This document shows, piece after piece, positions 28,649-39,524 of a stretch of 64,000 nt of DNA (positions within the stretch are counted from its first letter, which is position 1; each line of letters opens with the position of its first letter). The stretch is taken from positions 24,280 to 88,279 of the forward strand of contig DMXP01000006.1 of the NCBI GenBank assembly GCA_003483855.1, in the 5' to 3' direction. The stretch is from Candidatus Yonathbacteria bacterium (GTDB lineage: Bacteria; Patescibacteriota; Minisyncoccia; Phycocordibacterales; UBA1550). Position numbers and translations under genes: made by a program. The notes below the pieces were generated by a model that worked only from the letters and a program-made list of their open reading frames with translations, did no database searches and was not told where the DNA came from.

Positions 28649-29685
28649 TTGATTATCAGGCCAGGTGAAAGGTGTAGTTCCTCAAAACTCAATTGTTTTT
28701 TAATCAAAGGTTTCCCTAGGAGACCAAGAATTGCATTAGCAATATCCACTTTTGTTGGGTAGTAAAACTCAGTAAGTGCTGTTGATGTAGGACATGGTAC
28801 ATTCGGACACGAAAGAGAGGAGGGCGTATCCTTAAATTTGACTGAGCTGTTTTGAGCTACCTTCGCAATAATCTCCGACCCAATATTAAACGCTCCGTTC
28901 GTAGTATCGACACAAAGGAGCCGTCCAGTCTTTGCCACCGATGACGCAACCGTTGCGTGGTCAACTGGATTAATACTGACGAGATCAATAAGCTCAACAC
29001 CAACATCATCTCCAATAAGCTCCAGCGCCTCAAGAGTAGCTACGAGCCCATCTCCATAGGTAACAACGGTTACATTACTGCCTCCTTTGACCACCTGCGC
29101 CATGTCAAGTGGTTCAGCATATATTCCCTCGGGAACGTCCTGTTTCGTGCCATAAAGCCATCGTGGTTCAAGGATAACGACAGGGTTTTTATCGCGAAGC
29201 GCCGACACCAAAAGTCCCTTTGCCATTTTAGGTGTTGATGGGATAACCACCTTGAGCCCCAACGCATTACCAAAGAGCGCATAGAGAGCCTGTGTGTGCT
29301 GAGGGCCATTACCCCACTGTCTTCCCACCGCAATACGGAAAACTATTGGTACAGGATTGCCACCTCCAAACATGTAGTTCCACTTCGCAGCTTGAGTAAA
29401 AATTTGATCAGCTGCAAAAAGTGAAAATTCAACACGACCGTGATGCACAATGGGGTGCATACCGTTAATCGCCACGCCAACAGCCATACCCGTGAATGCC
29501 GCCTCTGACACCGGCACATCAAAAACACGCTCTTCATACTTTGCCTTGAGCCCGCTGGTTGTTCCGTCCGCGCCATTTTTATATGAAACACCGAGCCCGA
29601 TTACTACAATGTTTGGGTCTTTCTCCATCATCTGGTCGGTCGCTTCTTTAAGCGCCTCTGTGTATTTAATAATTCGTTCAGGCAT
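28645..29685 (-). CDS. TPP-dependent dehydrogenase E1 beta-like subunit
   Basis: DVPVSEAAFTG, GPQH, NPVVILE. Confidence 0.9.
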   Translation of the reverse strand: MPERIIKYTEALKEATDQMMEKDPNIVVIGLGVSYKNGADGTTSGLKAKYEERVFDVPVSEAAFTGMAVGVAINGMHPIVHHGRVEFSLFAADQIFTQAAKWNYMFGGGNPVPIVFRIAVGRQWGNGPQHTQALYALFGNALGLKVVIPSTPKMAKGLLVSALRDKNPVVILEPRWLYGTKQDVPEGIYAEPLDMAQVVKGGSNVTVVTYGDGLVATLEALELIGDDVGVELIDLVSINPVDHATVASSVAKTGRLLCVDTTNGAFNIGSEIIAKVAQNSSVKFKDTPSSLSCPNVPCPTSTALTEFYYPTKVDIANAILGLLGKPLIKKQLSFEELHLSPGLIIK

Positions 29686-30631
29686 AGAGATTAGTATATA
29701 AATTTTCCTTTGGTGGATACTTCGCATCAACAGCAAATTGAATGCTCTCTAGTACCGTTGCGCGTGCTTCTTTTTCAATATTATTTAAGTCTTCATCTGA
29801 AACACCACTTTTGACAAGAGATTCTTTCAACTTTTTCAAAGAATCTTTTTCCTGTCGCTTCTCTAGCACGTCCTCCTCACGATACCCTTCGTCAAAGATA
29901 GGCGCGCTGTGTGCCATGTGGCGATAGGTGATGCATTCAAGCACTGCAGGGCCCTTTCCTGCCCTCATACCATCGACAAGAGATTTTGCCTTTTCAAAAA
30001 CATCCTGATAGTCATTGCCGTCAACCTTGAGATATTTTACTCCGAGTCCAGTCACAATCTTTTCAACATTATGACTCTCACCACGACGCTCATGGAGCCT
30101 CGTATTAACCGAATGTAAATTATTTTCAATAACGAGTAAAAACGGAAGTTTAAAAAGTGCTGCGAGGTTCAATGTCTCACTCACAACCCCCTCCTCAGAT
30201 GCGCCATCCCCAATGAACCCTACCGACACACTGCCCCTTTTATTATATTTCTGCTCAAAGGCTGCGCCTGCGGCAATTGGCGTGATACTACCTAGGACTG
30301 GCGTCGAGCCGATAAAGCCAGCTGACTTATCAATCATGTGCATCGAGCCACCCATACCCTTCGCGCAACCGTACTCTTTGCCGAGAATCTCACACACCAT
30401 CCTCTTTAAATCACCTCCCTTCGCCAAGTAGTGACCGTGCGAGCGATGGTTGCCCAGCACGCGATCGTCTTTCTCAAGGGCATCACAAACACCAACAGCC
30501 ACGGCCTCTTGTCCCACATAAAAATGCACGAAGCTCATAATTTTGTTCTTCATATAAAAATCAGCAAGCTCCTGCTCCGCCATGCGGATGAGAACCATCT
30601 TTTTATATGCTTCTAGTAATTGGGTTTTCAT
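29678..30631 (-). CDS. TPP-dependent dehydrogenase E1 alpha-like subunit
   Basis: GQEA, HRSHGH, GGSMH, GDGA...ENN. Confidence 0.92.
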   Translation of the reverse strand: MKTQLLEAYKKMVLIRMAEQELADFYMKNKIMSFVHFYVGQEAVAVGVCDALEKDDRVLGNHRSHGHYLAKGGDLKRMVCEILGKEYGCAKGMGGSMHMIDKSAGFIGSTPVLGSITPIAAGAAFEQKYNKRGSVSVGFIGDGASEEGVVSETLNLAALFKLPFLLVIENNLHSVNTRLHERRGESHNVEKIVTGLGVKYLKVDGNDYQDVFEKAKSLVDGMRAGKGPAVLECITYRHMAHSAPIFDEGYREEDVLEKRQEKDSLKKLKESLVKSGVSDEDLNNIEKEARATVLESIQFAVDAKYPPKENLYTNLYA

Positions 30632-30635
30632 ATGA

Positions 30636-31670
30636 CTACATTTCTATAAGTATTCTCCCCGCCTGTCCGCTTCGAACCAAGTCAATTGCTTCATTAATTT
30701 GGTCCAGTTTCATACGGTGTGTGATGATATCGTCAATCTTGAGTATCCCTGATTTGTGCAATTTTACATACCTTGGTATGTCCTTGCTCGGAGAAAACTT
30801 TCCACCTTGGGTTGCCTTTATCATTTTTCCCTCACCTCCAAAAAGGTGATGCGCGTTTTTTAATTCAATGTTTTCGCCTGGCTTTGGTTGGCCAACTAGG
30901 ATGTAACGGCCCTTTCCCGAGAGAAGTGGTATCGTATCCTCTAGGCTTTGCTTGTTGCCAGAGGTATCAATAATCACATCAACATCTTTAATACCGAACT
31001 TTTCAAAAAGCTTGTCCTTGATACTATCTGTTTTACAATTAATAAAGAAGTGTGCCCCCAAAGATTCGGCTGATTCCTTTTTGTTGTCATAGATATCTAC
31101 AGAAACGATTGGATACGCGCTCGCGAGTGTTGCTGCCCGTACAAGATTTAGCCCAAGTCCACCAGCGCCAACAACCATAACACTCTCTCCAAATTTAACC
31201 TCGGCTTCGTCATTAATTGTGCCAAGCGCAGTTGAGAGGCCACATCCTAGCAACGCGCACAATTCATTCGGCGTGTCATGAGGGACTGCAGTAATTCTAT
31301 TTTCAGACACAATCGAATATTCACTAAGTGTCGTAACCTTACCACTCTTAATGGTCTTGTCTTGATAAGTGTAGCTCGGGAAATCAGCCTCTATTCCATC
31401 TCCTTGTCGCCAATGCATAACCACTTTGTCCCCTGCTTTTACTTTGGTCACGCCGGGTCCTATTTTTTCAACGATTCCTGCTCCTTCGTGCCCGAGTAGG
31501 TGGGGCACGTACGCCGCGTTGTTTTTGTTACCTGCAATCTCCTGAAGTTGAGCTCCGCAGATGCCACTCGCAAGAACCTTCACCAAAACCTGCCCAAATA
31601 CCAAATCAGTCAAACCGACCTCTCCAATTACCAATGGCCCGTTTATTGTCTCCAGAATAGCTACTTTCAT
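30636..31670 (-). CDS. Zn-binding alcohol dehydrogenase (MDR)
   Basis: GICG, GHEGAG, GAGGLG. Confidence 0.92.
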   Translation of the reverse strand: MKVAILETINGPLVIGEVGLTDLVFGQVLVKVLASGICGAQLQEIAGNKNNAAYVPHLLGHEGAGIVEKIGPGVTKVKAGDKVVMHWRQGDGIEADFPSYTYQDKTIKSGKVTTLSEYSIVSENRITAVPHDTPNELCALLGCGLSTALGTINDEAEVKFGESVMVVGAGGLGLNLVRAATLASAYPIVSVDIYDNKKESAESLGAHFFINCKTDSIKDKLFEKFGIKDVDVIIDTSGNKQSLEDTIPLLSGKGRYILVGQPKPGENIELKNAHHLFGGEGKMIKATQGGKFSPSKDIPRYVKLHKSGILKIDDIITHRMKLDQINEAIDLVRSGQAGRILIEM

Positions 31671-31769
31671 CCGGCCATTTTAGCATAAAAAGTAATAAAT
31701 GCTATACTTTCACCATTAAACACCATGCGTGTTAGCGACACTATAGATAGCTAGGAAAATCTGAAAACA

Positions 31770-32984
31770 ATGTCCAGTATACTACTCTATCATCACCTTG
31801 GCCTCGGCGACCACATCATGTGCCACGGTATTGTTCGTGAATACTGCAAAAAATACGAAAAAGTTGCGATTTTTTGCTTGCCACATAATTACCCTTCAGT
31901 GTCATTCATGTACCGAGACTTAACTAACCTAACCATAATTAAAGGTGGCGACTCAGACGCTCGCAAATTCATAAAGCAAAATGCTTCTGAACCAGAGGAA
32001 TTGAAATACGATGAAATAAAAATTATAGGATTTCAATATCTAAATAAGGGTAGCAATGTCCCGTTAGAGATGCAGTTTTACCGACTCGCAGACATTCCCT
32101 TTAATAAAAAATGGGATAGTTTTTTTATTAAAAGAGATTCCCAAAAAGAACAAGCGCTCTTTGAAAAAGTTGCCCCACAAGGTGATTATGCTTTCATCCA
32201 CGAAGATATCCCTCGAGGGTTCATAATTAACAGAGATCATATTAATAAAGATTACGAAGTTATTGTCGCAAATCAGAGTCACACAAACAATATTATTGAC
32301 TACTGTACTATTATAGAAAGAGCAAAGGAAATTCATGTAATTGATTCTTGTTTTATGTTTTTAATTGACTTCTTGTCATACAATAACCCAGACCAAAAAC
32401 TTTTCGTTCATCGATATTCCAGAGAAAACCACGAGTGGTTGCTTCCCTTTCTCAAAAAAGACTGGCACATCATTATAGACAGGCATGACAAAAAAGAACC
32501 TATTAAGGAAATACTTAGAACACTTTTGGGTGATAGAAATACTATTCTAAGAAAAATTATCCGGCGAATATTCAAGAGAATGAGGTGGGATATGGTTAGG
32601 CCGAGTTCCCCTGATTTAAACGCGCTCATCAAACGATATGTTTATAGAAAATCATTTCTCGCTATCTCTACCAATGATAATAGTGATGATTATATATCTG
32701 TTGCGCAGGACGCTGGTGCAATGAGAGCGAATTCAAGCATGCTAGAAGTAGCAGTACCGGCAGATACTGTATTCTATTCTGGTACATTTCCCAAAAACGG
32801 TGATCTGGGGGCTTTACTAAAAAAGTTACGCCTGCTAACAAAAAATATTATAATATTTCATACAAAAAATTGTGCACCAGAATATCTTGAATCAATGCTT
32901 GTACAAGCTGGATTTGAAACTCGCGAGAAACACGTGTTCCCTTATGAAGTATGTTTCGTCTGCCGAACGGTAACTAAAAAATAA
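31770..32984 (+). CDS. Putative glycosyltransferase-like protein
   Basis: HLGLGDHI and IHVIDS motifs resemble GT-B (GT9-like) proteins. Confidence 0.6.
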   Translation: MSSILLYHHLGLGDHIMCHGIVREYCKKYEKVAIFCLPHNYPSVSFMYRDLTNLTIIKGGDSDARKFIKQNASEPEELKYDEIKIIGFQYLNKGSNVPLEMQFYRLADIPFNKKWDSFFIKRDSQKEQALFEKVAPQGDYAFIHEDIPRGFIINRDHINKDYEVIVANQSHTNNIIDYCTIIERAKEIHVIDSCFMFLIDFLSYNNPDQKLFVHRYSRENHEWLLPFLKKDWHIIIDRHDKKEPIKEILRTLLGDRNTILRKIIRRIFKRMRWDMVRPSSPDLNALIKRYVYRKSFLAISTNDNSDDYISVAQDAGAMRANSSMLEVAVPADTVFYSGTFPKNGDLGALLKKLRLLTKNIIIFHTKNCAPEYLESMLVQAGFETREKHVFPYEVCFVCRTVTKK

Positions 32985-32990
32985 CTGGTG

Positions 32991-33761
32991 TTAAATTTCA
33001 CGTAGGTAAAGCGCGTCCTGTATTGTTTTGCTCCTGAGCGTTTTACGCATAAGCAGATCAATTTGGAATTTAGTAAGAAAAAGTATGAACTTAAAGAACC
33101 AGTTTGGTATTTTCTTTTCTGTAAACAAATGAAGGTTTGCTCCATCACTATATAAATTTAGCTTATACTTTTTCGCAATGTATAAAAGTGTCTTAAATGA
33201 ATAAAATGAGATATGCTGTCCATGTTTCAACCCGTAATATTCCCAATCATCTCTTGGGACTTCTTCTGGTAAGAGGAGTGTTGAGAAAAATATATTTTTT
33301 GAAATTTTTAACATCTTTTCTATTTCATTGATTGGAAGATCAAAGTGCTCAAAACATTCAAAGCAAGTAAGTGCTTCTATGTGTTGATTTTTATATTCAA
33401 GTCCTTTCATAAATAAATTTGGCGTGTGCAAATCATAAGTATAAAAATCCAGCCCGTAGTCACGCATCAATCGCGCAAGCATACCGTACCCCCCAGCATA
33501 ATCGAGGAAACTTGCTCGTATATTAAAAAGAAACATGAAGAGAACTAATGTTTTTCGAGATAAGTATACATTGCGAAGCACATATCCTGTATCAGTATCT
33601 GCTATTGGCTCCTGATACGCCTCAGCAAGCCACACAGGATTCCCAACAAACATAAATCCGCACCCACGACATAGATAATATTCGGCATCATAAACCCCCC
33701 TTATTTTCAAGGTTTTCATTAGTAATGCTTGAGACTGACAGATTTTGCATTCCATAATCAA
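32991..33761 (-). CDS. Class I SAM methyltransferase with N-terminal Zn ribbon
   Basis: CKIC..CRGC, LDYAGGYG, FECFEH. Confidence 0.88.
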   Translation of the reverse strand: MIMECKICQSQALLMKTLKIRGVYDAEYYLCRGCGFMFVGNPVWLAEAYQEPIADTDTGYVLRNVYLSRKTLVLFMFLFNIRASFLDYAGGYGMLARLMRDYGLDFYTYDLHTPNLFMKGLEYKNQHIEALTCFECFEHFDLPINEIEKMLKISKNIFFSTLLLPEEVPRDDWEYYGLKHGQHISFYSFKTLLYIAKKYKLNLYSDGANLHLFTEKKIPNWFFKFILFLTKFQIDLLMRKTLRSKTIQDALYLREI

Positions 33762-33765
33762 TACC

Positions 33766-34662
33766 TCAGCCTAGCAGAGATTTTAATTTTCTAAAAATCC
33801 TAACGAAAATATTTTTAACCAGAAAAGAGCTATAGTTTTTGTCAGCTTCTTTGTTTACCATAATTGAATCTGGGTGAATTATTTTTGAAATTGTGCCAGT
33901 TGGCATTTTACTAAAAATATCATCTGTTTTTGTGTGAGTGGCATTTCCACCAAAACCAATATTCGAAACGAGGTTCACATTCGGGAGAATAGTTATTCCA
34001 TTATTGTCATATATTGAGTATACCAATTGTCCATCCCATGTATCAATTTTGTTCGCGTAAAGCTTGTCAAAAAGATTAAGCCAGTATTTTTGCATTTTCT
34101 TGTCCTTGAATATTTGCGCAATGCGATTGTTTTTTTTGAAATCAGGGTAGCTTTTCATTTCGATGTCGTATTCTTGCCAAGCACGACGCCATGTTGCCCA
34201 TCCCCAAATATGCGGAAAATTTGAAAAATAATAGCTTACATCTCCGTACATTTTTCCAAACTGAAAATTGTCTCCTGAAATCATTTTTACCTTTTCTGTA
34301 TTTCTATATTTACTTAATAATTCCTCACAAAAAGAAAAGAAGGATGGGTCTGGCAAGCAGTCATCTTCCAAAATAACCCCCTCTTCAACATTATCAAAAA
34401 ACCATGTGATTGCGCTGGAAACACCTTTTTTGCAACCTAGATTTTGATCTGAATATTTTCTATATACTTCACACGGCCAATCAATATTTTCTGTTACTTT
34501 TCTTGTCTCTTCACAAAGCTTCGCCTCGCCCTCTCTGTGCACACGTGGTCCATCGGCAGCAATATATAATTTTGCGGGCTTGATAGCTCGAATAGCTTCA
34601 AAAACCTGCTTTGCTACATCAGGACGATTGAAAACAATAAAAAGAACTGGTGTTTGATACAT
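33766..34662 (-). CDS. Nucleotide-diphospho-sugar transferase (GT-A)
   Basis: FNRPD, DGPR, LEDD, WGWATW. Confidence 0.88.
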   Translation of the reverse strand: MYQTPVLFIVFNRPDVAKQVFEAIRAIKPAKLYIAADGPRVHREGEAKLCEETRKVTENIDWPCEVYRKYSDQNLGCKKGVSSAITWFFDNVEEGVILEDDCLPDPSFFSFCEELLSKYRNTEKVKMISGDNFQFGKMYGDVSYYFSNFPHIWGWATWRRAWQEYDIEMKSYPDFKKNNRIAQIFKDKKMQKYWLNLFDKLYANKIDTWDGQLVYSIYDNNGITILPNVNLVSNIGFGGNATHTKTDDIFSKMPTGTISKIIHPDSIMVNKEADKNYSSFLVKNIFVRIFRKLKSLLG

Positions 34663-34664
34663 TT

Positions 34665-35435
34665 TTATTTTTTAATAAACCAGAAACATCCACACCCCCA
34701 ATTTTGTTCTTTAACCATATTTTTGTCAGCATTTGATATAAGTCCATATTTTTTGTAATCATCAGGAACTAAAGAAAATTCTTTGATGTCCATATCTGGG
34801 AACATGCTCACAACTTGCTCATACGAATAAATTCGGTGAGCGTTAAATTCTATCTTTGGTTTTCCAACGGGGACTACGAACACAAGCGAACCACCACTTT
34901 TTACCACCCTGGAGAGCTCCTTTGATGCCTTGATGTCCCCCGTAGAATCGAGACGATCTCCATACCTTCCAAGTCCGATATGCTCGACTGTGTGCATACA
35001 CGAAATTGATTCAATACTATTATCAATAAACGGCAATCTCATTAAGTCCCCCCTCTTGCACTCCAGATTATCAAACCTTATTTCAGCAGGCCGATAATCG
35101 TAAAAATCTACAGGAATAAATGCTGACATCATTGTAGAAAAAGTAACCGTGGAGGATATGTCTATGTGTTTGGTGGGATTTATTTTTTTTACTACCCGAC
35201 AAGCCCACGCGGGATGATAAACATAGTGGGGTTCAAATCCAGTTGTGGCGGTGTTGTCTAAAAGGCATGGAAATAAATCCGTAATATTTGTAGTGAATCT
35301 TTTGTCATCCTCTAGAAGTTTTTTGAAAATAAAATACTCATTAAAAAAGGACGGGTATCTAATCATTTTTTTAACTAAATGATAAATTGCTACTGCAATA
35401 GAATACTGAGCAAGAGTTTTTCTTATTTTTTCCAT
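34665..35435 (-). CDS. DUF268 protein (second paralog)
   Basis: SCMHTVEHIGLGRYGD, NAHRIY. Confidence 0.88.
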   Translation of the reverse strand: MEKIRKTLAQYSIAVAIYHLVKKMIRYPSFFNEYFIFKKLLEDDKRFTTNITDLFPCLLDNTATTGFEPHYVYHPAWACRVVKKINPTKHIDISSTVTFSTMMSAFIPVDFYDYRPAEIRFDNLECKRGDLMRLPFIDNSIESISCMHTVEHIGLGRYGDRLDSTGDIKASKELSRVVKSGGSLVFVVPVGKPKIEFNAHRIYSYEQVVSMFPDMDIKEFSLVPDDYKKYGLISNADKNMVKEQNWGCGCFWFIKK

Positions 35436-36580
35436 AATTTTTGAATAAATTGTACTATTTTAAAAGCAGTCAGGTTTCTAGTGTACCATTTATTAAGTAT
35501 TTTTGACTCTGTTGCTAACCCATTCAATATTTCCATTACGTGTTTTTCAATTAAATTTGATTCTGAACCAGACAGACCGACACTAGATCTTAATAATGAA
35601 AAATAAACAATTTTGGAATCTATTTTATTTTCGAGTAGTCTTTTACATACATCTAATGCCTCACTGTATTTTTTCTGCCTATAATTTACTATAAAATTAT
35701 CATATAACTCAGAAGGACGGTCGCTCGCCGTAACTTTTAAATCCTGCGCGACAAGTAAATTCTTTTCTGAATATAAGTCCTGTAGCAGAATTGAAAGATT
35801 TTCCTTCAAACTGGAATTTTTAAAGACATCATACGCAAGAATTTCTTTTTTTGCGTATGAGGAAAGTAGCCCCCAAATATCCTCAATTGCAAGGTAATAA
35901 TTAACTGAAAAATTCCCTTTATTAAATTCTCTTTCAAAATAGGATGGCTCACTACTATTTTGTCTGTGGTAGAAAAAAGTATCTGGGCAAACAAGAACAA
36001 GGTTCCCCGCCGAAAGATACCTCATTTCGAAACTCTGAGTGTCAAAACCGTGGTGTTCCGGATATTGAGATGTCTTCAAAAATGATTCCTTAGTGAAAAG
36101 AAAATTATCTAAAAGAATTCCGCTTCTATCAAAAATATTATCAATAATAATGGGCTTACCTAAAATGGTATTAAAATGGGGGGTAAACATTTTCTTACTC
36201 TTGGAATGGAAAAAACGCCTCTCGTAAAAAACTACTCCATCCGCCTTTTTCTCTAATAAAAAATGTACCATTTCTCTCAGAGAATTTGGATCAAGTATAT
36301 TATCGCTATCTAAGCAAAAAATGAGTTCCCCCTTTGAATTTTTTATACCAGTATTCCTTGCTGCTCCGCCACCTTTATTTTTATCATGGTAAAAAAGTTT
36401 TATTTCTGAATGTCTATCAGCAAGCTCCTGCATCACTTCCCTAGTCGCATCAGTTGACCCATCATCTACCATTACTATTTCAAAATTATCCAATCCTCCA
36501 GCAAAACAAGACCCTACCGCCTCTTCGAGGGTGTCTTGGCAATTATAGCAAGGCATTATGATTGAAAGAGTTGGTTTCAT
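35423..36580 (-). CDS. GT2 glycosyltransferase
   Basis: IMPCYN, DDGSTD, ARNTG, LDSD. Confidence 0.92.
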   Translation of the reverse strand: MKPTLSIIMPCYNCQDTLEEAVGSCFAGGLDNFEIVMVDDGSTDATREVMQELADRHSEIKLFYHDKNKGGGAARNTGIKNSKGELIFCLDSDNILDPNSLREMVHFLLEKKADGVVFYERRFFHSKSKKMFTPHFNTILGKPIIIDNIFDRSGILLDNFLFTKESFLKTSQYPEHHGFDTQSFEMRYLSAGNLVLVCPDTFFYHRQNSSEPSYFEREFNKGNFSVNYYLAIEDIWGLLSSYAKKEILAYDVFKNSSLKENLSILLQDLYSEKNLLVAQDLKVTASDRPSELYDNFIVNYRQKKYSEALDVCKRLLENKIDSKIVYFSLLRSSVGLSGSESNLIEKHVMEILNGLATESKILNKWYTRNLTAFKIVQFIQKLWKK

Positions 36581-36587
36581 TCAGTGT

Positions 36588-37481
36588 TTAATCTTTTATG
36601 TTCCTAATCTTATCAGTCCAGTAATCCATATACAACGGTTCATAATTTGAGTTCTTTTTGATACTTTCAAATTTATCCGCCAAATCCTTTTCACTTAGAT
36701 TGTCTAGCTCGTGCCAATCTCTAACTGACCACAAAGGAATCCCAATTTTTTCAAAATAATCTATAGTTATAGAACTTTTAACTATTGGCACAGAACCTAT
36801 ATACAAAGCATCCCATGTTCTGTGTCCCTCTACACATGACCCAGGTGGTGAAGCTATAAATTTATATGTGGCAAGGAAGGGTAAATATTGAAAAAAATTC
36901 ATCCACCTTTTGTAAGTATCGGCTAATGGATTCACCTTAAGGACATCCATGGCTTGCTGTCTTTCTCCTAAATTGTTAACTACAGTAAACCCATAAAAAA
37001 TACGGTCCATCTTAGCAATATTTTTCATTATAACTCTATTAAAAATAGATGGTATTCCTAAAACATAGTAATGTTTATTTTCTATCCCAAGAGGTATCGG
37101 GACTACTTTTGAATTAGCTATTAGAACATTTATTCCGTACCATTTTATAATCTTGTCATCGGCCATACTAAATATTTCTTGGTCTATGACCGCATCACCA
37201 TTGTGAGTTACTAAAACATAAGGTGATTCTATCTTGGGATGAACCTCAGTAAGGAATTTTTTAATGTTACTATCTCCAACAAAAATAACATCTTTGTCTC
37301 TGACGCTACCTACATCAAAATCCTTCCGCAAATCATCATAAATATGATCTGCAAAATTGCGAAAACCATCTCCCGTTATATACGGATAACTTGATGGCCT
37401 AGGGTTAGATGAGTATCTTATAAGAATACGTCCTGCGATGCGATATATGCGAAATATTAGGTCAAATAATTTTTGCTTCAT
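36588..37481 (-). CDS. Putative glycosyltransferase (exostosin/GT47-like C-terminus)
   Basis: YKFIASPPG..EGHRTWDALY.GSVPIV. Confidence 0.65.
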   Translation of the reverse strand: MKQKLFDLIFRIYRIAGRILIRYSSNPRPSSYPYITGDGFRNFADHIYDDLRKDFDVGSVRDKDVIFVGDSNIKKFLTEVHPKIESPYVLVTHNGDAVIDQEIFSMADDKIIKWYGINVLIANSKVVPIPLGIENKHYYVLGIPSIFNRVIMKNIAKMDRIFYGFTVVNNLGERQQAMDVLKVNPLADTYKRWMNFFQYLPFLATYKFIASPPGSCVEGHRTWDALYIGSVPIVKSSITIDYFEKIGIPLWSVRDWHELDNLSEKDLADKFESIKKNSNYEPLYMDYWTDKIRNIKD

Positions 37482-38365
37482 AATCCTTTTAGCATTAAAT
37501 TTATGTGGTGCGACAACTTATTGTAAAAAATTACAATCATAATTAATTTTTTATAAATAAACTTAGGAATATATTCTCTTATCTTTGTTCTGAAAAAAAA
37601 CTTCAAATATGGGACCTCAGCTAGTGGAGCTACGGGCCTAAGTGCTCTTTTAGGATACAGCCCTCTTGATTGGAGTGAATAACCTTCACCACCGTCATCA
37701 ATTGAAGCAAAGAGTTCATATTTAGGGATTGCATAATGAATAGGGAGCCAGCTCGTATCTCCTCCCCCTTTTTCGAAATCAAAAGGACAATATTTTGAAT
37801 ATCCCCTTAATATCGGTGGTCCAATTTTAATTATTTTATTAAATAACGATATCAAAAAAATGCCGGCCATACTAATAATGTATGTCTTTTCTATATCTGT
37901 TTCTTTTAGCGATTCTTTATCAAGCAAGAATGTGGAAATATTTTTATACTCTCTTTTTTGTAGAGCGCTATATGGTTCTATCAATTTTCCAGAATTCCAC
38001 CATGAGTAGCACAGATATTCTGAGCAAGCATCCTTCATTTCTTTTAGGATTTCTTCGTATTTTTTTGTATCTACTAAATTTAGATGGTCCTCAATCCAAA
38101 AGAAAACAAAGTCGGTATTGATATCACCTAACATCAAACGAGTATCGCTGAACCACCCCTTCTCGCTCTCTAACATATATGGGATCAACTTATCACCTAA
38201 ATTATCATGTAAAAAGAATAACGTATCAAATTTATATTTTCCCCTTACGTTAATTACCCACTTTTCTGCTTCAATATCCTTGAATGACAAAAAGGAATCC
38301 TTCATCCTCAAGAATCTCTCTTCGTCATTTATATAAAAATTAGCGAATATAGTTAGGGTTGCCAT
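37478..38365 (-). CDS. Hypothetical, probable divergent GT-A glycosyltransferase
   Basis: FVFFWIEDH motif; operonic in the glycan locus. Confidence 0.55.
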   Translation of the reverse strand: MATLTIFANFYINDEERFLRMKDSFLSFKDIEAEKWVINVRGKYKFDTLFFLHDNLGDKLIPYMLESEKGWFSDTRLMLGDINTDFVFFWIEDHLNLVDTKKYEEILKEMKDACSEYLCYSWWNSGKLIEPYSALQKREYKNISTFLLDKESLKETDIEKTYIISMAGIFLISLFNKIIKIGPPILRGYSKYCPFDFEKGGGDTSWLPIHYAIPKYELFASIDDGGEGYSLQSRGLYPKRALRPVAPLAEVPYLKFFFRTKIREYIPKFIYKKLIMIVIFYNKLSHHINLMLKGL

Positions 38366-38368
38366 AAT

Positions 38369-39514
38369 TTACCAAAAAGTTGCCTGCGGATTTATATTCT
38401 CAAGGATATCTTTTTTTATTTCTTCATCATAACCTCCCGCCTTCAAAATCACAGTTACTGGACCCTTGTTTTTGAGCACCTTAGGCGATTCTATCACAAA
38501 ACTAGTACCGTACAATCTTTTACCATGTTTAATTGGGCTATTATCTAAAATAGCGATTATTTTATCAGTTTTGAGGCCGAATTGGATTAATGTCTGTGAA
38601 AATATATGTGCCCCAAATAAATATACTGGGTGATCACTTTTTTCTATTAAACTGTTCAGGACGGCAATCATTTCGAGGTGGTAGTTTATATAACCCATAA
38701 ACACCTTCTTGTACTCATTGTACTTGTTCTCTATTGAAACTAGATCAGACGAAACATCAGCTTTTTCTGTAGCATAAAAGATACTATGAGGGTCACCGTA
38801 ATATTGCTTTTCCAAAACAATAAAACCATTTTTTTCTAGTAGGTATTCAGTAAAGTATTCAGTTAGAAAAACCGTATGCTCAAAATTTAGGCAATTTGTC
38901 CAATTCAGTTTGAGCATTGGAAGAAGATTAGGGAAGGTGAAGATATGCCTATCTCCTTTTTTCATGAACTTTGAGATGTGCTCAATGAAAACTATCGGAT
39001 TATATGTGTGCTCAAATACATGCGAATGAATAATTGTGTCAAAATGTTCATCAATAACAAATTTATCATCAAACCAAGCTTTGATTACTCTTATTTGCGG
39101 ATCATCTATGTGCTCAGGATTCGGTTCAACTATTGTCCATTTTATATTTGAATCAAGAGTACGATAATTTTTTGCAATTTGGTCGTGGGCTCCACCTATC
39201 TCTAAAATATTTTTTGACTTATATTTATACAGAAATTGCGCGAAAGCAGTATAATGCTCTTTCCATATTTTCCCAGTGCCATCATTGTGTTGGTTCCTAT
39301 ATAAAATTTCCAGCGGGATTAATTTTCGTAGCTGAATCAATCCAGTGTCCTTACAAATATCCCAAACCATATCAGCTACAATATCTTCATCCTGCGGGGC
39401 ATCAACACACCCCATAAACACCGGAAAATTCTCAAACGTGTGTAAGTGCTCAAGATTCTCCTTGCCCGTAATCAGGCTTTTTGTTCTTTCATTAAACGTA
39501 TCAAGTTTTTTCAT
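38369..39514 (-). CDS. SAM methyltransferase (NDP-sugar C-methyltransferase-like)
   Basis: LEIGG, HVFEH, FEH, C-terminal FGA...DNSP.K.G. Confidence 0.8.
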   Translation of the reverse strand: MKKLDTFNERTKSLITGKENLEHLHTFENFPVFMGCVDAPQDEDIVADMVWDICKDTGLIQLRKLIPLEILYRNQHNDGTGKIWKEHYTAFAQFLYKYKSKNILEIGGAHDQIAKNYRTLDSNIKWTIVEPNPEHIDDPQIRVIKAWFDDKFVIDEHFDTIIHSHVFEHTYNPIVFIEHISKFMKKGDRHIFTFPNLLPMLKLNWTNCLNFEHTVFLTEYFTEYLLEKNGFIVLEKQYYGDPHSIFYATEKADVSSDLVSIENKYNEYKKVFMGYINYHLEMIAVLNSLIEKSDHPVYLFGAHIFSQTLIQFGLKTDKIIAILDNSPIKHGKRLYGTSFVIESPKVLKNKGPVTVILKAGGYDEEIKKDILENINPQATFW

Positions 39515-39524
39515 ACACCGTTAC

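Noticed and set aside
28645-30631. Calling the pair pdhA/pdhB
   Set aside because: No E2/E3 nearby and the glycan-locus context suggests another role, so no symbol was assigned.
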